Shown here: positions 27,103 to 37,261 of the stretch, piece after piece
How positions within the stretch are numbered: position 1 is the first letter of the stretch
Layout: each line of letters starts with the position of its first letter
Notes under the pieces: generated by a model
Told to the model about the DNA's origin: nothing
Database searches by the model: none
The model's input: the letters and a program-made list of their open reading frames with translations, nothing else
Program-made: the position numbers and the translations under genes
From: a virus
DNA length: 64,000 nucleotides
Reading direction: 5' to 3' (one strand)
IMG/VR virus record: IMGVR_UViG_3300027901_000001

Positions 27103-28754
27103 CAATAGACCCTCCAAATTTCAATATAGGCGTTCTTTATGTATTGCGCGTTTCCATCCAGGCTTTGCCACTGAATCTTGAACGTTTTAGCCACCCCAGT
27201 AAAGACAATCTCCCATGCACTCCCATACTGGTCGTACCTATCGTTGCTATCCTTCACTCTAAACGGAATTTCCTCTAATGTTACAGCGTCCGTCACATTG
27301 TAAAGACGCACCTGCCCCCTTTTATCAGAGTTTTTTACCATCGCGCTATAAGCCACACGATAGGTTCCGGTCCTCGCGGGAACAACCAGGGTAACCTTGT
27401 CCTGATAGGCGAGGAGAGACGTGTTCTGCTCTCCCAGCGACTGCGCTCTTTGGTAATCAGCCCCGAAGATTCCACCGGTACCACCTCCACCAGGCACCCC
27501 AACAAGGTCGGTCCTTCTGAGATCAACATAAGCAGCGCCTGTTCCATCGCTACGGATCCGAGCCTTTGGGGTGTTGGAATAAGCAGTAGCTGTCTGGAAA
27601 ATGACAACGCCTATCGGTACCATCTCCGGCGTAGGCAGTCCGCTCAAAATTACATTCCTGATTTCTACTTGAGCGCCAGCCCTTGCATCCGAAACAGTGG
27701 AATAGAATTGCTGCCCTTGAATGCCAACAAACGGCTCACTGAGGTTGTTCGTTCCAAAAAACAAAACGCAAACAAAGTTTGCATTCGCTACCTCTGTTAG
27801 ACCCCAGACCCCACCCAGGTAACTGTTGTAGGGAAGCCGCTGAGCCGCCGGATATCCTGCCGTTCCCTGGTAAATAACAGGAAACGAATCCGCCGTCTTT
27901 TTGCGCCAATCACCAGCCGCTCCGCTACGATAATAAATTGGAATCTGCGCCGTCGGAGAAAGGGTCTGAGGACTACCGTTTACAATTGAAAAAAGCAGAT
28001 CCTCATCTCGAATCGCTCCATCCTGTACGGCAAATTGCGCATGACCGTTACTGCTTCCATCACCATCGGCCGTAATGCCTTGTAAAGCAAGGCCATCGGT
28101 CCACCGAGCACCGAATGAGAAATGCAAATGCAGGTGCGTCTCACCATTCATCTGAATGCCATGACGCTCGTCGGCAAAAAGGATCGAAGCCTTATTGGTA
28201 AAATCCCAGTAAAGCAGCGCCACAAGCGCGTATTTCAAAATGAGGTCGTCCGTAAAGGCTTGAGTAGTCTGGAGAACCCCCGCTGTATCAAAATAGAAGT
28301 AGTGAATACCCTCAGCGTCGGGCCATGTCCTGTTCTGTGCTGCCGTCTTCGTGTACTTGCTACCGGCGATATAAAAATCAAAGCTGGTAACCGCCGGTTG
28401 AACAGTAAAAGTTCGAGAACCATCTACCCGACTGATCGTGGAATCCGTCCTGTTGGGAAAGCCTGTCGGTTCCTGTTGGGTATCATGCAAGTTGTCGGTA
28501 TTCTTCGCCATCGCCGGAGCAGACGCCGCGTTCAGTGACTCCTCCTTGTTCAGGTCCTTTCCATCGACATTGAGGAGTACGTCCCCAGCATTGATGTAAG
28601 CTAGAAGCTCTGCATCCTCCTGAATATCCCAGACAAAGTTATAGGCCGTGAGAGTTACCTGTCCGCTGGCCGGAATCTTGGCATCGGGCGCGGACAGGTT
28701 CTTAAGCGGAAGATCACCGGCCGTCTGGTTCTTAGCTATGATGATCGTGGACAT
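27102..28754 (-). CDS. Multidomain fibre/decoration-like protein
   Basis: 550 aa, beta-rich, GGGGTGG linker before a C-terminal ~120-aa domain; TGATG overlaps. Confidence 0.55.
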   Translation of the reverse strand: MSTIIIAKNQTAGDLPLKNLSAPDAKIPASGQVTLTAYNFVWDIQEDAELLAYINAGDVLLNVDGKDLNKEESLNAASAPAMAKNTDNLHDTQQEPTGFPNRTDSTISRVDGSRTFTVQPAVTSFDFYIAGSKYTKTAAQNRTWPDAEGIHYFYFDTAGVLQTTQAFTDDLILKYALVALLYWDFTNKASILFADERHGIQMNGETHLHLHFSFGARWTDGLALQGITADGDGSSNGHAQFAVQDGAIRDEDLLFSIVNGSPQTLSPTAQIPIYYRSGAAGDWRKKTADSFPVIYQGTAGYPAAQRLPYNSYLGGVWGLTEVANANFVCVLFFGTNNLSEPFVGIQGQQFYSTVSDARAGAQVEIRNVILSGLPTPEMVPIGVVIFQTATAYSNTPKARIRSDGTGAAYVDLRRTDLVGVPGGGGTGGIFGADYQRAQSLGEQNTSLLAYQDKVTLVVPARTGTYRVAYSAMVKNSDKRGQVRLYNVTDAVTLEEIPFRVKDSNDRYDQYGSAWEIVFTGVAKTFKIQWQSLDGNAQYIKNAYIEIWRVY

Positions 28755-29482
28755 CAGACTCTCCACCTGACGATAAAGTAACCCTGCACGGCCGTAGTCA
28801 CGTTACCGCCCGACTGGTTGCGAGCAGCTAACACGCTGTGCTGAGCGAAATCAGCATTTACAGTATTGTCTGCTCCTTTCTGAGCTGCCGACGCCAGCGT
28901 TGCAATAGAAGCCCCATCGTCCATAATCTCAAAGGTCGCCGCATCCGTGTCGTCCCTGGTATAGCCTATCGCCACAACGGTTCCGTTGAACCTCGCGTCG
29001 TATCCATTGGTCGCTGAAAACGTCAGCCCCTCGGTACCTCCATAATAGCTGCCTGCGGCCGTGTCCTTCTTGGCTCCAAAAACAAATGTTTGAGCCTCAA
29101 CCGACAACCACTTTCCGCGCACCGAATCGTACTCCATCGTCATACGGAGTACGGTATTGAAATAGAGATCGCCGTTCTGCGGAGCCGGAGCCACCGGATC
29201 AACTGCACCCGGAGGATAGATTCTGATGGCAACTGGCTCCGTATTATCAACTTTCTGCCAGACCGTCCCATTGAAAATGGCCCAATCCCCTACCTGCCAA
29301 TCGGTGATGCCATCCAGATTGGTAGTCCCCGCAACCGACACCACATAGTAGTGCCCCTGAACACCAATACCACTGGCCAGCGCCGGATTGTTAGCCGCTG
29401 CATCCCAGGTCCCTTTATATGTAACGGCACCCAAGGCGGCACCTGGATCAGGTTGTAGACGACCGTTAATATAAAGAGGCAC
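28754..29482 (-). CDS. Decoration-like protein with Trp-rich module and C-terminal jelly-roll-like domain
   Basis: YKGTWDA...GHYYVVSVAG...DWQVGDWAIFNGTVWQKVDN module; N-terminus MPLYINGR. Confidence 0.55.
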   Translation of the reverse strand: MPLYINGRLQPDPGAALGAVTYKGTWDAAANNPALASGIGVQGHYYVVSVAGTTNLDGITDWQVGDWAIFNGTVWQKVDNTEPVAIRIYPPGAVDPVAPAPQNGDLYFNTVLRMTMEYDSVRGKWLSVEAQTFVFGAKKDTAAGSYYGGTEGLTFSATNGYDARFNGTVVAIGYTRDDTDAATFEIMDDGASIATLASAAQKGADNTVNADFAQHSVLAARNQSGGNVTTAVQGYFIVRWRV

Positions 29483-29485
29483 TCG

Positions 29486-29896
29486 TTACACCAGCGTCGG
29501 AATAATGGTCACGTCCAACTCGTCCACCGTACCAGATACGGCAGTTACTTCGAGCCAGACAAAGGAATCGGCCGGAATGGCCGCATTGTCGAACAAGATA
29601 ATGCTGCTGCCGTTACTTAAATCGTTAGTGGTTACTCCTCCTATATTGACCTCGGTACCTGCCGCATCACGGGTAGACGCAAATCTCACCGTCCACGTAA
29701 CCGACGGCGAAGCGGAGCCTCGGATCGCTGCTACTATCCGGGAAACGGTAAAGCCGTTTTCAGTGTAGAAAGAGTCTTCTTCCCCAGCGACAGTCGGAGA
29801 TTCCAACCTCAACTTCTTGGCCCCCACGTCACCGGCCCCAGGATTAGCCCCGTAGATTCTCAGGCTGGTGTCTCTGCCATTGGCATATATCGGCAC
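29486..29896 (-). CDS. Small jelly-roll-like decoration protein
   Basis: N-terminus MPIYANGR shared with its neighbour; domain resembles the C-termini of 7207 and 28754. Confidence 0.5.
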   Translation of the reverse strand: MPIYANGRDTSLRIYGANPGAGDVGAKKLRLESPTVAGEEDSFYTENGFTVSRIVAAIRGSASPSVTWTVRFASTRDAAGTEVNIGGVTTNDLSNGSSIILFDNAAIPADSFVWLEVTAVSGTVDELDVTIIPTLV

Positions 29897-29907
29897 GGAG
29901 ACACCTC

Positions 29908-30333
29908 CTACGTCATGGATGCAGGCTCTGGATGGAGGGGCCTCCCAATCACTCTGGCGAACATGGCGTTGGCCGCGCCGGAGGAGATGATCACGATGTG
30001 TTCGTCCGGGGCGAGCTGAAACTTGTCAGTGATGAGGATGTTGACCTCCAGGGGGTCGGTCGACTTGAATATCTCGATATCATCGGCCGCGCCGCCCGGC
30101 CCCCGGATCACGATGCTCTTGCTGCCGACCCCATTGAAATCCACAGCAATTTGCTGAATCTCCTTGAGGAAGTAGGAGGTAAAGTCGAATACGAACAGAC
30201 CGCCCTGAGCTGCTGGCGGGAACTTCTTGACCCCCTTGGTGGTAAAGTCGGGGGTAGTCAACGGCACCGTCCCATCCCAGTCGTTACCGGCTGTGATGCG
30301 CTGCTCAATTACAACGAACTGAGGGTCCGACAC
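29908..30333 (-). CDS. Hypothetical virion protein
   Basis: 141-aa beta-rich ORF with GGAGG RBS. Confidence 0.55.
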   Translation of the reverse strand: MSDPQFVVIEQRITAGNDWDGTVPLTTPDFTTKGVKKFPPAAQGGLFVFDFTSYFLKEIQQIAVDFNGVGSKSIVIRGPGGAADDIEIFKSTDPLEVNILITDKFQLAPDEHIVIISSGAANAMFARVIGRPLHPEPASMT

Positions 30334-30379
30334 GGCCTACCTCCTCCCGAAGGAAAGCGAGGAAAGGGAAGGTGGCAGC

Positions 30380-30784
30380 CTACGTCGTTACCTGAGCATC
30401 GTCATAGTATCTGCGCCACTGGGCGTTGGAGAAGTAGACCGGCACGCCGGTTCCAGCGCCTCCGCCCTCACCGGTCTTCCGACCGTTGGAACAGAAAGCC
30501 GTGCGGCCTTCGTACCCGGTGGGCAGATCGACGAAGGCATATATCTCCTTGGCCGCCGCGTTGAGCGCGCCCTGGGTCGCCACCGCCGCGTCCCTGGCAT
30601 CCGGCGTCACGGAGACCGACAGGTTCCCGGCTACCACCTGGCTCTTAATGACCTCGTTGCCATCGAGGTCGCCGATGGTGATGTCGTTCCAGTTCTTGGT
30701 TTCTCCGGAAGCCACCTCGATGTTCGGTCCCGGAATAAAAATGGGGTCGCTGATGGCCCCGGTGTGAGTGATCGCTGCATCCAT
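30380..30784 (-). CDS. Hypothetical virion protein
   Basis: Start set at ATG 30784 after AGGA; lies directly after the sheath gene. Confidence 0.55.
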   Translation of the reverse strand: MDAAITHTGAISDPIFIPGPNIEVASGETKNWNDITIGDLDGNEVIKSQVVAGNLSVSVTPDARDAAVATQGALNAAAKEIYAFVDLPTGYEGRTAFCSNGRKTGEGGGAGTGVPVYFSNAQWRRYYDDAQVTT

Positions 30785-30855
30785 TTTTTTCCTCGCTGTT
30801 TCTCCTGGCGGTCCGACCGCCAAAAACCTCTAAGCCCTTGTTTCAGTACAACCGT

Positions 30856-33387
30856 TTATGCCGCCATCGCCGTGAACATCTGCTGGATACGGAACACGAT
30901 AAACTCGCCGGGCCTGTTGGGAGCGACGAATATATCGCAGATGACCTCACCCGCCTGCTCCACCTCCGGCGGGTTATTGGTCTCGTCACAGATAACCTGG
31001 AAGCCCTCACTGGGCTTGGTACCCGCAAAGATCCCCTGGTTGAACAGCCCCAGCAGGAAAGTTTCGACGCTGAGCTGGATCCGACCCCGCAGGGATGCGC
31101 CCACGTCCTCGAATACGAAACCGTGGGTGCTGTTGTAGATCGACGCCTTCAGGAAGTTGAAGAGCCGCCGCACGTGAACGAACTGGAAGTCGCCCGGCGG
31201 GCTCTCCAGCGTGCGCGCACCCCATACCACACGGCCGGTCTGCGGCGTATCCATGAGAGCGTTGACCTGGCTCTGGAAAAAGGTGTCGATTTCGGCGAAC
31301 TCCAGCCTGCGTTCCAGGCCGGTGGACCAGTTGAGCACGCCGTCCCTGGTCCCTGCCGGAGCCTTGCCCACGCTCCGATTCACATCCGTGCGCGCATATA
31401 CGCCCGCGATATGACCTTGGGGCGGGATATTCAGGCTGTTGTCCGTTACGGGATCCGCGATGGTGATGTAGGGGTAGTACAGCGCCGCGTAGCTGCTGGT
31501 AATGCCCAGCGTGTTACGCCGCCAGTCCTTGACCTGCTGCGGGTTCATGCCCGGCGGCGAGGCCAGGATAATGAACCACTTGCCGTTGGTCTCGGCTTCG
31601 GCCACCTGGTCGACCGCCATCGTCACGTTCCCGGCCGCGTCCGGAATGGCGATGTTGAGCAGCTCATCGGGCACCAACAGGGCGTACATGCCCTCTCTGG
31701 CCGTTTTCAGCGTCGGATCAGTCAGCTCGTTACGGCCGATAGACGCCGTTCCGTCTGAACCGCCGTAGAAATCGTCTTCATTAAGGGTGTCGCCCGGCTC
31801 CACGTAGTGCTGAGCATCGACCTTCGAGCCCGGAACCAGAGCTGTCGGCGGAGTCGCGTGCGAGGTCTCGGCCGCTGATACCGCTACAAGCGTCTTGAAC
31901 GCGAACTTGCCGTTTTCGTAGTCGACCTGATTGAAGCCCACCGGAGCCGCCGGATCGATATCGCCGATCAGGTTTCCGTTGCCATCGTCAGTGATGGTTC
32001 TAACCACTCCGGCCGTGTCGGTGTAGGTGATCGACAGAGAGGTGGGCTGAACAGGGGTTTCCAATGCCGTCGACCGGATACCGACCGGAATGTCCGGGTA
32101 GCCGTCCGGATCGGCCGTACCAGTGGAACCGAACTCCGTGGCTGCGCCGTTACCGGCCCCGACCCATCGCGTTCGCTGCTTTCCGTCCAGGTTGCTCGGC
32201 TTGTTGTCATCGTTGGACGGGTCGACCAGCTCCACCAGCTTCGAGCCCGTGGTCGGCTCATTCATCTTGGTGATCACGTAGTCGGCCGCCGTCGGATCGG
32301 TGAACTGGATGGCGTCGAAAATCTCCAGGATCTCGTCATCCAGCACCACCAGCACGTCGTGCTTGGAATACGAAGCCGTCGCCCTGGTGAAGTAGTCCTC
32401 GTTGCCCCTGGTCTGGAGCTGGAGACCGTTACCCCATTCACCCTCCGAGATCGGATCAGCGTCAAAGGCGTTCTGGATGTAGGCCGCCTGGATCGGGTTC
32501 AGATCGTGCGGGGCTGCCGAAGTCGCCGCGATCGTAAAAGACACCGCACCGGTGATGTAATCGATGGTTGGTGCGGGAGCCGCCGCCACCGTCGGGCCTT
32601 GAAGCGCACCATCACCATCGTCGGTCACGGTCTGCTCGGTGCCCACCGGCGTGTAATCGGCATCGATGGTCGAGGCCGCATCTGGCGCGGCGGTACCGAC
32701 CGCTAGGTTGTAATGACCGGTCACGTAATCGATGTAGCCCCGGACGTTTGCCGCACCATCCTTGAGCAAGCCGTCCTTGGCCGGGTCGGTGTAGGTCACC
32801 GGAGCCGCCGCCACCGTGGTGGTCAGCGTCACGGTGCCCGGTACGATAGGCGGACTCCCGGCGATCCGGCCAGTGAAGTCCACAGCCGCCGCGTTCGGAG
32901 CCGGATTGGCGTTCGTGTTCTCGCCCACTACTGGCGTACCGGCCTCTTTGTAGGTGATGGACACGGAACCGGGCCGACAGGGAAGCTCGGTCAGAGTTCC
33001 GGAAATCGCCTTTGTTGCGCCGTCGCCGGTATCGATCGTCTCCTCGGAAATCGGGTTGCCGATACCGCTGCCGATCCGGGGATTGCTGGCCGTCACCGCC
33101 GGAGACAAAGCCTTCACCGCGTCCGATGCCACGACGCGCACGATATAGGCGCGCACGCCGTTGTTGGCGAAGAACGCGAACAACTGAGTCATCACCTGGC
33201 CCTTCTCGGTGAAGGAGCCGAAGGTGCGCTCAGCTTGCTCGAAACCGGTCGCCAGCGTCGCTATGTTGGTGGGGCCTTTGGGGGTGAAGCCAACGGTCCC
33301 GTAATTCGACGTTGAGACGCCCTGGATCGCGGTCAGACCACGCCGACGTTCTTCAACGTACACTCCTGGATGCAGTCGCTCTGCCAT
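30856..33387 (-). CDS. Contractile tail sheath protein
   Basis: LHPGVYVEE, FFANNGVRAYIVRV, YAALYYPYI, PPQGHIAGVYARTD, VWGART, VHVRRL, DETNNP, VAPNRPGEFIVFRI. Confidence 0.95.
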   Translation of the reverse strand: MAERLHPGVYVEERRRGLTAIQGVSTSNYGTVGFTPKGPTNIATLATGFEQAERTFGSFTEKGQVMTQLFAFFANNGVRAYIVRVVASDAVKALSPAVTASNPRIGSGIGNPISEETIDTGDGATKAISGTLTELPCRPGSVSITYKEAGTPVVGENTNANPAPNAAAVDFTGRIAGSPPIVPGTVTLTTTVAAAPVTYTDPAKDGLLKDGAANVRGYIDYVTGHYNLAVGTAAPDAASTIDADYTPVGTEQTVTDDGDGALQGPTVAAAPAPTIDYITGAVSFTIAATSAAPHDLNPIQAAYIQNAFDADPISEGEWGNGLQLQTRGNEDYFTRATASYSKHDVLVVLDDEILEIFDAIQFTDPTAADYVITKMNEPTTGSKLVELVDPSNDDNKPSNLDGKQRTRWVGAGNGAATEFGSTGTADPDGYPDIPVGIRSTALETPVQPTSLSITYTDTAGVVRTITDDGNGNLIGDIDPAAPVGFNQVDYENGKFAFKTLVAVSAAETSHATPPTALVPGSKVDAQHYVEPGDTLNEDDFYGGSDGTASIGRNELTDPTLKTAREGMYALLVPDELLNIAIPDAAGNVTMAVDQVAEAETNGKWFIILASPPGMNPQQVKDWRRNTLGITSSYAALYYPYITIADPVTDNSLNIPPQGHIAGVYARTDVNRSVGKAPAGTRDGVLNWSTGLERRLEFAEIDTFFQSQVNALMDTPQTGRVVWGARTLESPPGDFQFVHVRRLFNFLKASIYNSTHGFVFEDVGASLRGRIQLSVETFLLGLFNQGIFAGTKPSEGFQVICDETNNPPEVEQAGEVICDIFVAPNRPGEFIVFRIQQMFTAMAA

Positions 33388-33447
33388 CGTCTTACCCTCT
33401 CATCCCCCTTTGCGGGGATGTCACTGAGAAAGAGATTTTGTTTCCGC

Positions 33448-33849
33448 TTACTGACGCCGCTGACCTGTCCTCCTTTTACGCGACGACTGCTCCTTCTCCT
33501 TCTCCGTGGGCTTCTTCGACGATGAGCCCTCTCCTTCTGTATCCTTCGGGGCATCTCCTGGCTGTGATGGTATCACAGCATCCGTCGACTCAGGCTCAGA
33601 ACTGTCATCCTCTGCCGTCGTCTCGGGGGCACTTTTGGGCGGTGGTAAGGGCTTCTCCTCGGCCTCCTTCGGCCGTTCCTCCGGCGGAGGATCCGGAAGC
33701 CTGCGAACGAGCTTGATCTTCAATAGGTGGGACACGGCCGACTGCGGGGCAAAGAATTTCTGACGTGGCACCAGGACAACCGCCCCCTTCCCTGGAATGT
33801 CAATCGGCGTGGTGGTTCGACCTCTGTAGTACCAGTATGGAAGTGCCAT
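33448..33849 (-). CDS. Hypothetical protein with a disordered C-terminus
   Basis: ORF between tail-completion and sheath genes. Confidence 0.55.
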   Translation of the reverse strand: MALPYWYYRGRTTTPIDIPGKGAVVLVPRQKFFAPQSAVSHLLKIKLVRRLPDPPPEERPKEAEEKPLPPPKSAPETTAEDDSSEPESTDAVIPSQPGDAPKDTEGEGSSSKKPTEKEKEQSSRKRRTGQRRQ

Positions 33850-33857
33850 TCAGAACC

Positions 33858-34532
33858 TCACAGACCGCCAAGACTGATCCTCGAAGATGTCGGCAAAATA
33901 ACCGGCTCCTGGAAGTCTAACTCAGCCTCGACTCTCATTGAAATTGTATGTCCTTGCAACCTGTCCGCGATATCGGTGATCTCACTCAGATTATCAACAC
34001 TTTCCACAAAAGCGTAATAACCGCGCTCCTCCCCCTCAGAGTCGATGAGAAAGATCTGCCCGTACGCCCAGTAATAGCGCCCCACGTATTGGAGCATGAG
34101 ATCCGCCTGCCACCTCAGCCGCGCTCTGAGATGCAGGTCGTAGGTGATCTCGAAAGGAAGCGTCCAATACTTTTTCTCGATTTTATCCGGGAGCTGCCGT
34201 CCACCAGGTCCGTCAATCCACTTCGCGTTTACCGCCGGAACTTGGTACTCGTAGCCACCTGGAAACCAGCGCGCCATCGCGGGGGTGATGGAACCCCGCG
34301 AAATGACAATTTGCGGTAGGAACTGTTCCTGGAAGGCATCTTCTGGGTCCGCCATGCTGACAGGTATCAAGCCCTGGTACTCGTCGGGACCTGTGACTCC
34401 CTCGATTCCCACGGCATAGGTCTGTACCAGCTCCCCATCGCGCTCGATGTTTATCAACTCCGACCCGATGGTGGTGGCCACACCTATGTCGAAGTCCTCA
34501 AGCCGGACTCGACCTGTCCTTCCATCCGCCAT
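33858..34532 (-). CDS. Putative tail terminator/completion protein (T4 gp15-like)
   Basis: LPQIVISRGSITP..AR, PFEITYDLHLRAR pattern; located upstream of the sheath. Confidence 0.55.
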   Translation of the reverse strand: MADGRTGRVRLEDFDIGVATTIGSELINIERDGELVQTYAVGIEGVTGPDEYQGLIPVSMADPEDAFQEQFLPQIVISRGSITPAMARWFPGGYEYQVPAVNAKWIDGPGGRQLPDKIEKKYWTLPFEITYDLHLRARLRWQADLMLQYVGRYYWAYGQIFLIDSEGEERGYYAFVESVDNLSEITDIADRLQGHTISMRVEAELDFQEPVILPTSSRISLGGL

Positions 34533-34545
34533 TCACCAGGCGAGA

Positions 34546-34902
34546 CTAAGCTGAGAGGTGTTGAATCGTCTGCTCGACCAGATTCGATTTCTCAACCGCC
34601 TCCAACCAGGCTTCCACGTCCTGCTCGGTGGGACTGTCGAGCCCGAAAATCTCGGGCAGAGTGCCGTTGTCGGCCATGACTCCAGCAACCTCGACGATAG
34701 CGCTGATGGCCGCCTCGTCTTCCACCTCGCATTCGGCTACCAGCCGGTCCGCCAGATCCCCGATGATCGCCTCGAACCGAGTGGGCTCGTCATCGCCACT
34801 CTCGATGTCGGACAACACCAGGTCCCGGAGGGCTTGGGCCTCTCCTTCCTGGATCCGAACCAATGCCTTCGACAGAACCGAATTTACCTTGTCGATATTC
34901 AC
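34546..34902 (-). CDS. Acidic hypothetical protein
   Basis: 118-aa ORF with AGGAGG RBS. Confidence 0.6.
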   Translation of the reverse strand: MNIDKVNSVLSKALVRIQEGEAQALRDLVLSDIESGDDEPTRFEAIIGDLADRLVAECEVEDEAAISAIVEVAGVMADNGTLPEIFGLDSPTEQDVEAWLEAVEKSNLVEQTIQHLSA

Positions 34903-34913
34903 GGTCTTCCTCC

Positions 34914-35717
34914 TTAACGGCCACCAGCCGCTATATGGTCTTGAAATCCCTTAACCCTTCTCGCGGTAGATGCCTTTTCTCGCTGTTTCCTTACTCCCAC
35001 CTTCCACCGGCGCTCCGATGGCACTGTTAGCCATCGTACCAATTTTCTCAGTACTCTCGTTACATATCTGCGCCTGGCAGCCCTTATTGCTGGACGCCAG
35101 TGTGCCTGATGTTTGGTGTTGATGCCAAATTCTTTGCGTAACACCTCGAAGGCGATGTCCCTGGTAACACGCCTCTGAACCAGCGTGGGATGAAGACGTT
35201 TCGCCTCAACCCCGGCCTCCTTTAATTCCGCCTTAACCTGGGGGAGATCCGCCTTCCTACGAGCCTCTATTTTCTGAGCCTCCCGCATCGTCACCTTCCT
35301 GGATCGCATGGAGGCATCACGCCGCTCGGGCTCATAAGGCAGCGTGGTCATCGTCCAGGGATTCCTCTTGGCCAAGATAACCGCGCCGGGATCCAGGGGT
35401 CGCCCCTTATACTCCCTGGGCATGACGTACAGAACGGTATCCTTCACATCCGCCGTCCGTAACCTCTGAGAATGTTCATAGCCAGGCACGATAATGCCCG
35501 TCGCCGAATCAACCCCTGGTATATCGATCTGCCGCAGCTTGAGCATTTTCGGATACCCCTGGATATCCCTGGGGGCGTCCCTCTGAAGCTCCTCATATAC
35601 CAGCTCCGCTATCAGCTCAGGGAAACGCACTATAATGGCCTCCACTCGCAGCGGCAGCTCATCCACCAACTGGTAGACCTTCTTATTGTAGGCATCCTGC
35701 TTGACGAAAAATTCCAT
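34914..35717 (-). CDS. Basic hypothetical protein, possibly tail completion
   Basis: Coupled ORF in the neck/tail-completion region; Arg/Lys-rich C-terminus. Confidence 0.55.
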   Translation of the reverse strand: MEFFVKQDAYNKKVYQLVDELPLRVEAIIVRFPELIAELVYEELQRDAPRDIQGYPKMLKLRQIDIPGVDSATGIIVPGYEHSQRLRTADVKDTVLYVMPREYKGRPLDPGAVILAKRNPWTMTTLPYEPERRDASMRSRKVTMREAQKIEARRKADLPQVKAELKEAGVEAKRLHPTLVQRRVTRDIAFEVLRKEFGINTKHQAHWRPAIRAARRRYVTRVLRKLVRWLTVPSERRWKVGVRKQREKASTARRVKGFQDHIAAGGR

Positions 35718-36064
35718 CAGCCAACTGCCTTACGGGGATCTTCCACCGGAATCAGGCGCTCCAAAGAAGGCAGATGCTTCTTACAAACCCCGACAAATCG
35801 ATCGGGTTGCTGGCGCGAGGTAACCGCCTCCACCGCCGGTGCACCGCACCGAAAGCACATGGTCGCCAGGGAGGTGATGGTCAACGGCCCCTCGTACATG
35901 GGAAAGCTCATCCCGGCCATCGGACCGCCACAGTCCTTACCGGGCATAAAGGCCACCTCGCACATATCGAAGCCCTTGGCCTTGGCACGCCAAAGCCGTT
36001 TGCAGCAGGCACACGGGAAAGCAAACCCCTCCCTTAGAAACCTCTGTACGACTTCATCACTCAT
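35717..36064 (-). CDS. Cys-rich zinc-finger-like protein
   Basis: CACC, C..C, CFRC, CKKH; start reassigned to the ATGA overlap at 36064. Confidence 0.55.
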   Translation of the reverse strand: MSDEVVQRFLREGFAFPCACCKRLWRAKAKGFDMCEVAFMPGKDCGGPMAGMSFPMYEGPLTITSLATMCFRCGAPAVEAVTSRQQPDRFVGVCKKHLPSLERLIPVEDPRKAVG

Positions 36065-36426
36065 GCTTGGAAAACCCGGTACCTCTTCCCCAAGGTCGCA
36101 GCCCCTGGGTTGGCCCCCCTCAAATTCAGCTCTGGCTGCCTGCTCGGTGTAGGAGCGCCACCAGGAATCTGCACGTCCCTGACCCATACGTCATACATAC
36201 GGGGATCCACATCTACCTGAACATCAGAGCCAGACCCCAGATCGGCTACCCGGATGGTGTGCGTACGTGGATTTAATTGCTGAATGGTACCGGTGATCAC
36301 CAGCTCCCCGGCACGGGTTCTCACCTCCACGAATTGGCCAATACCCAGACGTACCTTCTCGGCATTCTTCGGAAGGGGCTCCTGGGGCTCCCAGACGGCC
36401 CGAGCGAGCTGTTCTGCAAGGCTCAT
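36061..36426 (-). CDS. Hypothetical protein, candidate internal head protein
   Basis: N-terminus MSLAEQLARAVWE; SH3-like beta-rich core. Confidence 0.55.
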   Translation of the reverse strand: MSLAEQLARAVWEPQEPLPKNAEKVRLGIGQFVEVRTRAGELVITGTIQQLNPRTHTIRVADLGSGSDVQVDVDPRMYDVWVRDVQIPGGAPTPSRQPELNLRGANPGAATLGKRYRVFQA

Positions 36427-37016
36427 GTGGAGGTACCCTCCACCTTGCGGCCCGGCTCGAATTTGGTCCGCTGCTTCAGCTCAATCCGGTACTGGACGTA
36501 TTCCGGTGTGGACATAATATGACCGTCCGGGTTGGCCCTGGTCACCTCCCAGTATTTGAACTGGCGCAGAAATGGCGTTGCCTTATCGCCCCAGAACTCG
36601 ATCACGTCACCGATCTTCGGGTCGGGCGCGCCCACATCCTCAAACTCCTTGCGGGCAATCCAGAGCACCGCATTGGATGTCTTACCCAAACCTTCAGTCG
36701 TGGCCTCGGATTCGACCTCCTGGGCCTCATCAAATTCCAGGCCCCCCGCCATTTCATACGGTCCGTTGAACGACCACTCCTTGCCACCAAATGACGGCTC
36801 ACCATAAAGCGGATGACGGTGCTTAGCACGCCGCAGCGACCACAGTTTCACGTCCACGCCCGATAGCTTGGCGGGCTCGGACGCGATGGAATCCCATAGC
36901 GGCCTCTCGCTTACATCCGCATCGGGGAACAGCCGCCGGACATTATCGACACCGCCCCCGGTAAGGGTCGTGTCGCCGCCGTGGCAGCTCCCCAGAGTCT
37001 TGATCTTGCAGGTCAC
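36423..37016 (-). CDS. Neck / head-closure protein (T4 gp14-like)
   Basis: HPLYGEP, APDPKIGDVIEF, YWEVTR pattern; located two genes after the gp13-like gene. Confidence 0.6.
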   Translation of the reverse strand: MTCKIKTLGSCHGGDTTLTGGGVDNVRRLFPDADVSERPLWDSIASEPAKLSGVDVKLWSLRRAKHRHPLYGEPSFGGKEWSFNGPYEMAGGLEFDEAQEVESEATTEGLGKTSNAVLWIARKEFEDVGAPDPKIGDVIEFWGDKATPFLRQFKYWEVTRANPDGHIMSTPEYVQYRIELKQRTKFEPGRKVEGTST

Positions 37017-37261
37017 TGTCCTTCAACCACCTGCCTGACGGGTATCCATCCCGGCCCCGACAAGGCCCCTGTAAGGGCCGCCCTCTGCCTGGCCAGGTTA
37101 CTCCGCGCCACAGCGTCCTCAGCCGCCCGGCGCTTGCTACGCTTCTTGGATGGCCCGATCCGCCGGTGCTGCCGGACAACCTTGAACCGCTCGCCGCCCT
37201 TGCTCACCGAATGGGCAGAAACGGCCGAAGAGAACTTGCCGTCCTTGGCGTGATAGCTCAT
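37013..37261 (-). CDS. Small basic protein
   Basis: YHAKDGKFSS motif (resembles the phage hp.r..GkF motif); coupled overlaps. Confidence 0.5.
   Translation of the reverse strand: MSYHAKDGKFSSAVSAHSVSKGGERFKVVRQHRRIGPSKKRSKRRAAEDAVARSNLARQRAALTGALSGPGWIPVRQVVEGQ

Noticed and set aside
33372-33386. Palindrome-like TGCAGTCGCTCTGCC at the sheath start codon
   Set aside because: Needs a substitution plus an insertion and is explained by the M-A-E-R-L-H codons.
33401-33420. Hairpin CATCCCC-N6-GGGGATG upstream of the sheath RBS
   Set aside because: No U-tract, so it was not called a terminator; it could be an mRNA-stabilising stem but there is no further support.
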